Shown: positions 35,535 to 48,200 of the stretch, one piece after another
Position numbering within the stretch: position 1 is the stretch's first letter
Layout of the letters: each line of letters opens with the position of its first letter
Source: Azolla caroliniana
Lineage: Eukaryota > Plantae > Polypodiophyta
DNA length: 64,000 nt
Reading direction: 5' to 3'
Assembly: GCA_043228905.1 (NCBI GenBank)
Contig: JBHGNT010000017.1
Coordinates: 3,844,001-3,908,000 of the forward strand
The notes under the pieces: model-generated
What the model saw: the letters and a program-made list of their open reading frames with translations, nothing else
What the model was told of the DNA's origin: nothing
Database searches by the model: none
Translations under genes and position numbers: made by a program

Positions 35535-36551
35535 TGTCGTGTGAATCTTCACACACTATGTAAAAAATAATGAAATAATTATTATAGATTAGATTAGTAG
35601 CTTACTATAGAAAGATGGATATACTCAAGAGCTTCAAAATGTATTTTACTATATACAAAATGGAGAAATACATATCAAGTTATGAGAAAATAAAGTTTGA
35701 GAAGATAGGGAAATTAGAACTATCCCACACAGATAGGAAAGTTAAGGCCCTGGCTATATAAACACCTTGAGCTCCCTCATTTTTCATTTGTGCTAAGAGC
35801 ACTTTGGCCACTTTGTCTTGATGGATGATGGTGGCCAAATTCCCTAAAACCAGAAATTGGCCGATAAGCAAAACTGGAACCGGCCGGCAAGCAAAACCGG
35901 AACCGGAACCGGCAAGCAAACCGGAAACGGCCGGCAAGCAAAATCAGAACCGGAACCGACCGGCAAGCAAAATGGAACCGGCTACCGGATGAGGTTGGAC
36001 GCGGACGGACGAAAGATTGGATCATGCAACAAACTAAAGTAAAGTGAAGAGAACTAAAGTAAAGGCCATGTGGACGCAAGCAACTAAAGAAGGGAGTGCA
36101 TGGAAAAAGTAAAGGTCATGTGGACAGTCACATGCAACCAAAAGAAAAAGCTAGGCAACTAAAAGTAGAGGCCATGCAACAAAAAGTGGAAAGGCTATGA
36201 TCAAGGGAGAACTCCATATTTATTCCATTTTTTTTCCTACACTAGGACTCACTCTCCATATTATCTTAATTTTCTTCTCAACTCCCTTATCTTAGGGAAG
36301 CCATAACTCTCATAAACCCTAAAAATTCCCTACGGAAGCCATAACACTCAAAAACCCTAATCTTCCCTACGGAAGCCATAATACTCATATAACCTAATCC
36401 TAATCTTCCGTACGGAAGCCATATCTCTCAAAACCCCTAATTTTTCTTTTCTATTAATCTTAGTAAACCTAAAACTTCTAAATCCCAATCTTGGGACATA
36501 TTGTAATTTCTTTTTCCTTTGTTAATGAAAACTATTAAATTTCTTCTTTCT
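35535..36551. mobile_element. Foreign, probably LTR-derived insert replacing the protease region of copia B
   Basis: Homology to element D stops at GGAACGG|TGTCGTGTG and resumes at LIVARARKVNTLYL (about 36552). The insert starts with TG and has a TATA-like motif and short internal repeats (AACCGGCAAGCAAA; CCCTACGGAAGCCATA). Confidence 0.6.
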
Positions 36552-39500
36552 GTTGATTGTGGCTCGGGCCCGGAAGGTAAACACGTTGTACCTGATGAAT
36601 GGCCGGTTATGTCCGGAAGAAGTGAACGTGGCATCCGACACTGCCGGTGAGCTGTGACACAAGAGGCTGTGTCATATGAGCGAGAAGGGGATGAAGAGGC
36701 TTGCAGACGACAACCTCATTCCAGTGAAGAACGTGCACTTAGAGAAGTGCACTGATTGTCTGGCCGGTAAGCAGAACCGGACCTCCTTCCGACCAAGGCC
36801 ATCGATGAGACGTAATGCACCACTGGAGTTGGTGCATACGGATGTGTGTCAAGTAGACACGAAGTCACATGCCGGAGCGCAGTACTTCGTGACGTTCATA
36901 GATGACCACAACTGGAAGCTGTGGGCCACACCGCTGAAGACGAAGGATCAGGTGTTATACGTCTTCAAAGAGCTCCACGCGAGAGTGGAAAGAGAAACCG
37001 GCCAGAAGCTGAAGGCGGTTCGAGCAGACAATGGAGGAGAATACCGAGGGCAGTTCAAGGAGTACTGCCGCTCGAAGGGAATCTGGCTCGAATTTACCGT
37101 GCCGAAGATGCCGGAACTAAACGGACTGGCCGAGAGGATGAACCGGACCATAATGGAGAGGGTCCGGAGTATGCTAGCGCATGCAAAACTACCCAAGAAG
37201 TTTTGGGCTGAGGCACTGTCGACGGCGACACATGTGATAAACAGATCACCCTCAGTACCCTTGGACGGAGACACGCCACAGAGAGTATGGACCGGTAAGG
37301 AAGTGTCCTACTGGCATCTGAGGGTGTTCGGGTGTCTCGCGTACGTGCATGTAGCAAAGGACCGGAGAGGAAAGTTAGATCCAAAGACCCGGCCATGTAT
37401 ATTCCTCGGTTAATGTGACGACGAGTTCGGCTACCGAGTGTGGGACCCGGTCGACAAGAAGGTATTCCGGAGTCGAGATATTATCTTCATGGACGACAAG
37501 ACGCTCGCCGACTGGGAGTCGGAGAAGAAGATGATGAACTCTGAGTCGACCGGTAAGGATAGACTCTACGATGAGCAGACCCAACCGGCGAGAGACCGGT
37601 TAGCACTCGAGGAACCAGCCGGTTACGGAGAGGATACCGAACCGGCAGAAGAAGAAGTAGAGGAAGCTGAGACCGGAACCGGTCAAGACCCTGAATCAGA
37701 TTCGGATGAAGAGCAAATGGAGGAGCCGGTTAACGAAGCCCGAAGACGTAGATATCCTCTCAGAGAGAGAAGGGCGCCCCCCGGAGGTTTCCGGATGCAG
37801 AGCATGTTCTGCTGACCGATGAGGGAGAGCCTGAAAGCTTCGAAGAAGCGAAGGAAGACACCCACAGTCAAAAATGGTTAAGTGCCATGCAGGATGAGAT
37901 GGATTCCCTGCATGAGAATCATACGTACGAATTGGTGGAGCTGCCGAAAGGAAAGCGGGCACTCCGAAACAAGTGGGTGTACAAGTTGAAACCGGGAGAT
38001 GTCGGCAACCCCCCGAGATACAAAGCCAGGATCGTGGTGAAGGGGTTCCAGCAGAAGAAGGGCGTGGACTTCGACGAGATATTTGCCCCAGTAGTAAAGA
38101 TGACCTCCATCCGGACGATGCTGAGTATAGCAGCAAGCATGGACCTCGAGGTAGAGCAGCTGGACGTGAAGACGACATTCCTTCACGGCGACCTCGAAGA
38201 GGAAATCTACATGCAGCAACCGGAAGGATTTGTGGAGAAAGGGAAGGAGCACCTGGTATGCCGGTTGAAGAAGAGCCTGTACGGACTGAAGCAGGCTCCC
38301 CGGCAATGGTACCGGAAGTTCGACTCCTTCATGACCGATCAAGGGTACCACAAGACGCAGGCCGATCACTGCGTGTTTGTGAAGAAGTTTGAAGGAGGGG
38401 ACTTCCTGATACTCCTCCTGTACGTGGATGACATGTTGATCGTCGGACGAGACCAAGGCAAAATACGGATGCTGAAGAAGGCCCTCAACCGGACCTTCTC
38501 AATGAAAGACTTGGGTCCGGCAAGACAGATGTTGGGGATGCACATCATTCGGGACCGGTCAGTGAAGCAATTATGGTTGTCACAGAAGAAGTATGTGACA
38601 AAGGTGCTTCACCGGTTCAACATGTCAGAAGCAAAACCGGTCGGATCGACACTTCCGGCAAACTGCAAGCTGTCTGGTAACCAAAGCCTGAAGACAAAAG
38701 CAGAGAAGGTTGATATGATGAAGATTCCATATGCCTCTGCCGTCGGGAGCTTGATGTACGCAATGGTCTGTACCCGACCAGACATTGGATACGTAGTCGG
38801 AGTGGTGAGCCGGTTTATGAGCAATCCCGGCAAAGAGCATTGGAACGCGGTCAAGTGGATACTCCGGTATTTGAAGGGCACTTCAAATATGTGTCTTCGA
38901 TTCGGCTCAGGAAAACCTCAACTGGACGGTTTCACCGATTCGGACATGTCGGCTGATGTGGATACCAGCCGGTCTACATCCTGGTATGTGTTGACATATG
39001 CAGGGGGAGCTGTTTCGTGGCAGTCGAGGCTGCAGAAGACAGTTGCACTGTCAACCACAGAGGCGGAGTACATGGCGGCTGTGGAAGCCGGCAAGGAAGT
39101 TTTATGGATGAAGGACTTCATCGGAGAGCTCGGTATACGGCAAGAGGAATACCGACTCTACTGCGACAGTCAAAGTGCCATCCACCTTCCTAAAAATGCG
39201 GCCTACCATTCCCGGACGAAGCATATCCAGCGGAGGTATCACTGGATCCGGGAAAGAGTAGATGACCAGGAGTTCGCACTGACGAAGATCCACACCGCCA
39301 AGAACGGGTCAGATATGCTGACCAAAGTGCTGACACCCAACAAGCTGGATGCATGCCAGAAGAGAATCGGACTGGTAAGACACCCCATGCCGGAGTGAAG
39401 GGGGAGTTTGTTGGGAGACAGGTCCCTCCGGATGGGAAGGGAGAAGAACAGTGCCGACGAACAAACTCGGCCGAGGTCGAAACCGTATGAGGAGTACCTG

Positions 39501-41375
39501 GCTACGGAGAGCCGGATGATACAGGCCCGGTGTGAACCGGATGAGTACCCGGCTACGGAGAGCCGGATGATACAGGCCCGGTGTGAACCGGATGAGTACC
39601 CGGCTACGGAGAGCCGGATGATACAGGCCCGGTGTGAACCGGATGAGTACCCGGCTACGGAGAGCCGGATGATACAGGCCCGGTGTGAACCGGATGAGTA
39701 GTACCCGGCTACGGAGAGCCGGATGGTGCAGGCCCGGTGTGAACCGGATGAGGAGTACCCGGCTACGGAGAGTCGGATGGTGCAGACCCGGTATGAACCG
39801 GAGGAAGAGACATATTCGTAAATATGTTTCTGAGAGGCCATCGTGGCTATACTTGTAAATAGCCGAAAAGTCATATTAGTATAAATATGACTTAGGGCAA
39901 ACTAATATAGTTGTTGTTACTTTTCTTGTTGTTGCAAGAAGAAGAGAGTGCATGTAATAGTGTACAAAGAGAGAGAGAGAGAGAGAAAGAGGTCGTTACC
40001 TCTGTTGTAACCGCCGCCTGTGGCGAAGAGCGTGAGTCCGAGGTCGTTGCCTCCGAGAACTCACTGTTTTTTGTACATTTCATACATAGTGACTGTTTGC
40101 AGCCTGTGGGCTGCCGTGGTTTTTCCCCTAGTTTGGGGTTTTCCACGTAAACCTCCTGTGTAGTCTGTGTGTATCTTCCTCTCCTTTTGTATCGTGTTCT
40201 ATTTCCCGTCTTCTGTGTATGAAAAGCATCTCGGTTGTGGCCGAGCTTTGCGCATAAGGAGCTAGGAGTTCCCGTCAAAAGATTCATGCACAACCCTGGC
40301 CGATCGCATTGGAATGCAATCAAGCATGTGTTCAGATATCTAGCTGCCACAAAAGACCATGACATTCTTTTCGGCCCGAACTCAACCTCAGGCGTAGTTG
40401 GTTACACCGACTCGGACCTCGCCGGTTGTGTGGACAGTCGGAAATCAACAACCGGATACTGTTTCAAATTCGGTAATGGAGCAATCTCGTGGAAGTCAAA
40501 ACTTAAGGAGTGCACATCCACCTCAACGACCGAAGTGAAATATGCAGCTGCGTCCGACGCGGCAAAAGAAGCTTTATGGCTCGGTCGGCTGGCGCACACG
40601 TTTCGATAGGTCGGCTCCGACTCGGCTCCAGTTGTCTACAGCAACAGTCAGGGTGTTGTTGCTTTGTCAAAAAATCCGGTTCACCACAATGCCTCTAACC
40701 ATATCGACGTTCGATATCACTTCGTTCGGGAATGGGTCATTTCAAGGAAAATCGGTCTCGAGAAGATATCCACAACCGATAATGTCGCAGATCGAATGAC
40801 CAAGTGTCTTTCAGCGGATCGTTTCCGGTCCCTTCGGCACCAGATGGGCGTAACGAAAAATCGGTCCGGTTAAAGTCGAACACACAGCACAGAATGGTTT
40901 CGGACCACCGACATCGGTTCTCGGAGGATCGGCTTTAGCTCTTCCGACCCGACCTATTCGGTCTTCTGTCTTCGGATCTTGCCGACTCTGACAAAACTGA
41001 TCTGCCCGATAAACCTTGTATATATACCTCTAATTTTTTAGATAACTCATGTATACGCCCATTACGGGGGAGTGTCGAATACGAGTGTATAATGGTTGTA
41101 TTCACACTGTCCCTTTGGACAGCCCAAGTTCGGGCTTTTTCAGTAAATAGCATAAAGGGCAGTTGCCCTAGGATAGTCACTATATAAAGTGACTTTGTAA
41201 CCTTTAGTGAAGGTCGGTTGTAATTTTAAACTGTTGCTATTGGAATATAATGTTTCCTTTGTGCCTCTCTCTCTCTCTCTCTCTCCCTCTATGTTTATCT
41301 TGCTCATGCATACAAAGGTTCTTCTTCATCACGAATGTTGCTTGCACTTCCGCATTGATGGCCTTGTCCCCAACA

Positions 41376-43351
41376 TATGTCAGTGTCGGCTTTGGTGCGT
41401 TTTGCAAACATGGCCGATTTCATCTCGTGCGAGTTGAGAATGAACATTCAGCCCTCTATTCGTCCACGAGCGATGAGTTGATCCTCTTTCTCGATGAAGC
41501 AACCACCTTGATTAAATCGAACTTGCATCCCTTGCTCAATAATGTAAGACCAAATTCTTCGTAATGGTAGGTACATGCAAGACATTCTTAATGTAAGTTT
41601 GGTTACCTTCTTTTCCGAATGGAACATTGTCGATGTGCCGAATCGGATGAGTAGTGTCATCTCCGGTTTCGACATAGTTGGGTCAGTCTGGCTCTTGAAG
41701 TTCTCTAAACTATTCTTGATGAGATGTCATATGGTTCGAAGCACCGGAGTCAACGGACCATACATCTTCCGGACCTGAGGCACTAGTTGAAGTAGAAGCC
41801 GACATAGAATGTGCTCTATGTCTCATCATGATCATTCTACCATGATCATCATAGTCGGAATTGGTGTCGTAATTGGTGAGTTGTCGGCTAGTGGAAGCCG
41901 ACTCGCGCATCTTCTTTCGACACTCTTCTTCATGGTGGCCGATTTTGCCACAATATCCGCATTCGATCGAGGTTTGTCGGGTCGGGCCAGAATGGAAGCT
42001 CCCCCTTCTTCCGAAGGTTCCTCAATGGCTTCCTTCTTATTGCCGAAATTGGGAGTTGTTTTCATGAGTCGAACCTCGTCTGCCTCGTCCTTGGCTGAAT
42101 CGGCCTCTTGGACGGCCGCATCCTCTTCCTCCGTTCAAATGTGTGTACAGCATGTGGCCTCCAAGGCATTGCTCCTTGTTCGAACATGGTTTTCGTTAAC
42201 CAACAACACGGATTGAAGATCGAAGAAAGAGGGAGGATTCTCCCGTGCTAGTACGACAGTCCTCATCGCGCCGAACTGTGGTGCAAGGACACCAAGGCAT
42301 ATTTGCACCATATCATCATCATCCACATTGACTCTTATTGAGCCGAGTGAGTCACAAAGCTCCTTGATCTTCAAGGTGTAGCTTGTGATGGACATATCCC
42401 TTTGTTGGATGTTCAACTCTTGGTGGAGTTGACGCTTTCATGCCGTCGTGTTGGCGACGAATATCTTCTTAAGCTTCTCCTATGTTTCCTTCGGCGTCTC
42501 GGCTTCTCGAATGTAGCGGAGCATGTGGTCATGAACACATGTCACCAAGCAATACATCACTCAGCTTGCGCCTTGCTCCCATGTTGAGTAGTCGGCATCT
42601 TTCGTGTCGGGTCGATTTTCTTGTACTCCTTTGATGTAGCTCCAATATCCTTGACCAACAAGGTATTGGTGCATCTTGTACTCCCAAGATGCAAAGTTAG
42701 TTCGATCCAACTTCTCATTAGGGAGAGTGCTCCCCATTTTAGTATTCATTGTCGATGAAGCTTTCTTTCTTATTTTCCTTCTCTCTTGGACACGAGCTAG
42801 GTAGTCGCACTACGATAGCGATGAGCCGGTTCTTCTTCAATGTCAACGTAGAACACAACACACGTGGATAGGCTAGATCAAGCTACCAAACCACTCTGAT
42901 ACCATGTAAAGAATCGGATATGATTATTGTGCAACGGAAGAGATGTGTGGTATGTGTATGTGTGAGAGAAAAGAGATGAGGGGAGAAAACACAAGATAAA
43001 TAGATGAAAGAAAAATGAAGTACTCAAGAAGAAGGTGTATATTAACACGGAGAATATCAATTACAAAATGTAGCATTACAAACAACTCTCTATGAAGTAG
43101 AAGAAGGGTGCTTTATATAAGGTCACCCTCTCTCTTCATTAACTCACTACAACAACTACTCTCTCTTGGGGAATGTGAAGACTCATAGTCATGGGGAATA
43201 TGGAACTCGTTAATTATGTGTCATAGAATATGATTCTATGGCACATAGTTAATGTGTAGAGAGTAGTGGTGTGACTCTTGATCTTTGAGTGATCATAGAT
43301 TCTCAAAGGGTGAGTTCACGCGTTGCACTAGGTTGAGCTTGATTCTCAACA
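41376..43351 (-). mobile_element. 5' half of Ty1/copia element E (LTR 42905-43351, PBS, gag, PR), cut by element A
   Basis: LTR TGTTGAG...TTTACA, then TGGTATCAGAG (42904-42894). Gag KLDRTNFASWEYKM; protease VWSVDSGASNHMT; coding ends at ADTDI, at the edge of the A 3' LTR. Confidence 0.88.
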
Positions 43352-44160
43352 CATTAATATGCGAAGGGTGACAAGGTGATCAATGGTGTTATGGTGTTTT
43401 CGAAAGCCAACTTGTCTATAAGCTCTCTTACCATTTTTTCCAGCCCATGCACTTATCTTTGATTCCATTATGCATCCAAATAGTTTTGCCTTTGTTACCG
43501 TACGAGATGTATGTAGAGTTGAGTGTGATGAGTGGGGAGTTGAGAGACTTAATGTTTTTGCATGCATGTGTAATGTATATGATTATGAGTGTGAATGTAA
43601 GTGTGAGTGTGAGTGGACAGATAAGAATAGGTGTGAGTGAGTGATTAGTGTGAATGGCCAAGGGGGCTTGCACCCCTATATATCTACCCCTTTTGTAACT
43701 ATTTAACCCCCCTCAGAGGGAATGAATGAAAAAGGAACAAGTTCTCTCTTAATCTCCCTCCCTCTCTTTGACACCTTTTCTCTTCTCTCTCCCTCTCTCA
43801 CGTTGAACCCCCTTGGGATGGGGGTGGAGCCATTCTAGGCACCACCCCCCACCTCACAATGCTTATCAATCTCCATCACCATCAACCCCATAACGTTCAT
43901 TGTCATCGTCATCACACTTATGAAATATACCATTACCATTCATCATCATCATCGCCAAGTTCCCTATTCCTATCTTTATCACAATTATCATTAACCCTAA
44001 CCCTAAAACCTACAACATCCATTAACAAGCCAACCATGATGGTTCGATAGTTGTTTACATTATTTACATCTCCACCTTTATCTAAAGGTTTGATCCAATT
44101 TGTAGTCCAATCATATGGCATACCATGTTCCAATGCATCATTAAACATACCGCTAATCCA
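43352..44160 (-). mobile_element. LINE RT N-terminal fragments (about 44160-44010 and 43500-43352) separated by unrelated sequence
   Basis: PYDWTTNWIKPLDKGGD.NNVNNYRTIMV and KLF..IMESKI..W......Q.GFRKHHNTIDHLVTLR are early RT subdomain motifs of non-LTR elements. Confidence 0.7.
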
Positions 44161-44963
44161 TACGGCATACTAGAGAGAGAGAGAGAGAGAGAGAGAGCTC
44201 TAGCATAAACCCTTATGGGCTTGAGAAAACTAGGGGGACCAAGAAAAAAACTAGAGAGATTAGTATTAAACACTGTTGTGAAGCAAAACTCAAATATTAT
44301 ATAAAGTGACATTTGTGACGCTTGAATCTATAACCCTATTATTACATCAAGTATTAGGTATGAACCATTAGGATAACCTATTCTATATATAATTATATTC
44401 TCAGCATTACAATTACGGCTTATGTCTATTATCATACATGCCAACTCAGATGAGGAGGATGGTTATCATGCATCACATGTAGCGCATGTACACCAAATGG
44501 GAATCATACATTTCATGCACCCTCACATACATCATATGCATGTCACTATGTGAGCACCTATATAAAGAGAGGGAAGGGAAGCCTGTAGACATCGATCAAG
44601 TGAACAATCAATCAAGTGAATTTGATCAAGCATTAATTAAACAATAAATCAAGAGAACTTATTTGTGAAGTGTCTTGTCTTTCAAAATTAAAGTCAAGGG
44701 TTTGTGCCACATGTTAGAGGAGAGATAAAATACTATCTTTGCAATCGAGCATTGTAATTTTGATAAAATCTTGTATTCTCAATATAATAAAGCTAGTTTT
44801 TATAATATTCATTTGCTTCTTGAATCAAACACGATCTCCATCTCTTGTTTGTGCTTGTCTCTCTCGCTTTTCATTACAAACTCTCCTCGTACAAAACCTT
44901 GACGGTTCAATGCATCGACAACGAACTATGCAACATAATTTAGTGAACCTGACGTGAAGCGTT

Positions 44964-45235
44964 TGTCAAGAACTACGCGCTCCCGATGAACAACGCTCCA
45001 CCACAACCAAGCTTAGAATCAAACACAGAAAACGGGAATGAATGCACGACACAATGGAGAGAAGGGTACATAGGATGTTTACGTGGAAAACCCAAACACG
45101 GGAAAAACCACGGCGGTCCACTGACTGCTAACTATCACTATGTATCAATGTACAATAGATGAACACAGAGGTAACGACCTCTTGTTCACTGTCTTCGCCA
45201 CAGGCGGCGGTTACAACAGAGATACGAACTCTTCG

Positions 45236-45273
<38 letters not shown>

Positions 45274-48200
45274 CACTATTGCGCTCTAATCTTGCGCCAA
45301 CAAGAATAACAACGACAAACTAAACTTTTCCCTAAGTCATATTTATACAAAAGAAAATGACTTTTCGGCTATTTACAAATAAAGCCCCGATGGACTCTCA
45401 GAAACATATTTACGAATATGTCCCTTCATCCGGTGAACACTCCTCACCGGGCCTACATCATCTGGCAAGCGACCGAGCCTGCATCATCCGGCGCTTGCCG
45501 GGCACTCATCATCCGGTTCTCACCGGGTCTTCCGTTTCCGGGTACTCCTCATCCGGTTTTCACCGAGTCCTCCGTAGCCGGGTACTCATCATCCGGTTCT
45601 CACCGGGTCTTCCATAGCCGGGTACTTGTCATCCGGTTTCGACCTCGGCCGAGTTTGCTCATCGACATTGTTCTTCTCACTTCCCATCCGAAGGGACTTG
45701 TTTCCTAACAAACTCCCCCTTCATTCTGGCATGGGATGTCTTACTAGTCCGATCCGCTTCCGACATGCATCCAGCTTGTCGGGTATCAGCACTTTGGTCA
45801 GCATATCTGACCCGTTCACGGGCGTGTGGATCTTTGTCAGCGCGAACTCTCGATCTTCTAGTCTCTCTCGGATCCAGTGATACCTACGCTTGATGTGCTT
45901 CGTCCTGGAATGGTACGCTGCGTTCTTAGCAAGGTGGATGGCACTTTGACTGTCGCAATAGAGCCGGTATTCATCTTGCCGGATACCGAGCTCTCTGATG
46001 AAGTCCTTCACCCATAATATTTCCTTGCTGGCTTCCACAGCCGCCATGTACTCCGCTTCCGTGGTTGACAATGCAACTGTCTTCTGCAGCCTCGACTACC
46101 ATGAAACAGCTCCCCCTGCATATGTCATTACATACCCGGATGTAGACCGGCTGGTATCCACATCAGCCGACATGTCCGAATCGGTAAAACCGTCAAGTTG
46201 AGGTTTACCAGAGCCGAATCGAAGGCACATATTCGAAGTGCCCTCCAAGTACCGGAGTATCCATTTGACCGCGTTCCAGTGCTCCTTGCCGGGATTGCTC
46301 ATGAACCGGCTCACCACTCCGACTACGTATCCAATATCCACTCGAGTACACACCATTACGTACATTAAGCTCCCGACAGCAGAGGCATATGGAACCTTCA
46401 TCATATCAGCCTTCTCTGTTTTCGTCTTCAGGCTTTGCTTACCGGATAACCTGCAGTTTGTCAGAAGTGTCAATCCAACTGGTCTCGCTTCTAACATGTT
46501 GAACCGCTGAAGCACCTTTGTCAAGTACCTCTCTTGTGACAACCACAATTGCTTCGTTGACCGGTCCCGGATGATGTGCATCCCCAGCATTTGTCTTGCC
46601 GGACCCAAGTCTTTCATTGCGAAAGTTCGGTTGAGAGCCTTCTTCACCATCCGTATTCTGGTCGGGTCCCGTCCGACGATCAACATGTCGTCCACGTACA
46701 GAAGGAGTATCAAGAAGTCGCCTCCTTCGAACTTCTTCACAAACATGCAATGATCGGCCTGCGTCTTGTGGTACCCTTGATCTTTCATGAAGGAGTCTAA
46801 CTTCCGGTACCATTGTCAGGGAGCCTGCTTCAGTCCGTACAGGCTCTTCTTCAACCGGCAAACCAAGTGCTCCTTCCCTTTCTCCACGAATCCTTCCGGT
46901 TGCTGCATGTAGATCTCCTCTTCAAGGTCACCGTGAAGCAATGTCGTCTTCACGTCCAACTGCTCTACCTCGAGGTCCATGCTTGCCGCTATACTCAACA
47001 CCGTCCGGATGGAGATCATCTTTACTACCGGGGCAAATATCTCATCTAAGTCCACGCCCTTATTCTACTGGAACCCCTTCACCACGATCCTGGCTTTGTA
47101 TCTTGGGGGGTTGCAGGCATCTCCCGGTTTCAACTTGTACACCCACTTGTTTGGGAGTTACCGCTTTCCTTTCGGCAACTCCACCAATTCATATGTATGG
47201 TTCTCATGCAGGAAATCCATCTCATCCTACATGGCACTTAACCATTTGCGGCTGTGGGTGTCATCCTTCGCTTCTTCGAAGCTTTCCGGCTCCCCCTCAT
47301 CGGTTAACAGCACATGCTCTTCATCCGGAAATCTCCGGGGGCCCTTCTCTCTCTAAGAGGATTTCTCCGTCTCTGGGCTTCAGTAACCGGCTCCTCCATT
47401 TGCTCTTCATCCGAATCTGATTCAGGGTCTTGGCCGGTTCCGGTTTAGAGCTTCCTCTACTTCTTCTTCAGCCTGTTCGGTATCCTCACCGTAACCAGCT
47501 GGTCCCTCGAGTGCTAACCGGTCTCTTGCCAGTTGGGTCTGCTCATCGTAGAGTCGATCCTTACCGGTCGACTCGGAGTTCATTATCTTCTTCTCCGACT
47601 CCCAGTCGACGAGCGTCTTGTTCTCCAGGAAGATAATATCTCGACTCCGGAATACCTTCTTGTCGATCAGGTCCCACACTCGGTAGCCGAACTCATCGTC
47701 ACCGTAACCGAGGAATATGCATGGCCGGGTCTTTGGATCTAATTTTCCTCTCCGGTCCTTAGCTACATGCACGTACGCGAGACACCCGAACACCTTCAGA
47801 TGCCAGTAGGATACTTCCTTACCGGTCCACACTCTCTGTGGCGTATCTCCGTCCAAGGGTATTGAGGGTGATCTATTTATCACATATGTCGCCGTCGACA
47901 ATGCCTCAACCCAAAACTTCTTGGGTAGTTTTGCATGCGCTAGCATACTCCGAACCCTCTCCATTATGGTCCGGTTCATCCTCTCGGCCTGCCCGTTTAG
48001 TTCCAGCGTCTTCGGCACGGTAAATTCGAGCCGCATTCCCTTCGAGCGACAATAATCCTCGAACTACCTCCTGTCGAGAACTCAAACGCTCTTTATACGC
48101 AACGCTCGGCCACAACCGAGCTTAGAATCATACACAGAGAACAGGAAATAAAGAACGACACAATGGAAGAGAAGAGTACACAGGATGTTTACGTGGAAAA

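Larger units (their letters stand above)
33846..40277 (+). mobile_element. Ty1/copia element B nested in the RT of element A
   Basis: TSD AAAGA (33841-33845, 40278-40282); LTRs 33846-34705 and 39409-40277; PBS TGGTATTAGAGC (tRNA-iMet, one mismatch); gag 34736-, IN 36676-37413, RT/RH 37887-39398; PPT GAAGGGGGAG. Confidence 0.95.
30351..41375 (+). mobile_element. Ty1/copia element A: 5' LTR and PBS missing, interrupted by copia B, 3' LTR 41073-41375
   Basis: Gag/PR 30411-31418 (WLLDSG), IN 31899-32522, RT (YVDDML) to 33845, resuming at 40283 (FMHNPGRSHW; RNase H to 40873). PPT GGGGGAG, then TGTCGAA...CCCCAACA. Confidence 0.9.

Noticed and set aside
27316-43351. Giant TIR transposon bounded by about 260-bp inverted repeats
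   Set aside because: The repeats are copia LTR sequence (one is followed by a PBS), and the flanks share no TSD.
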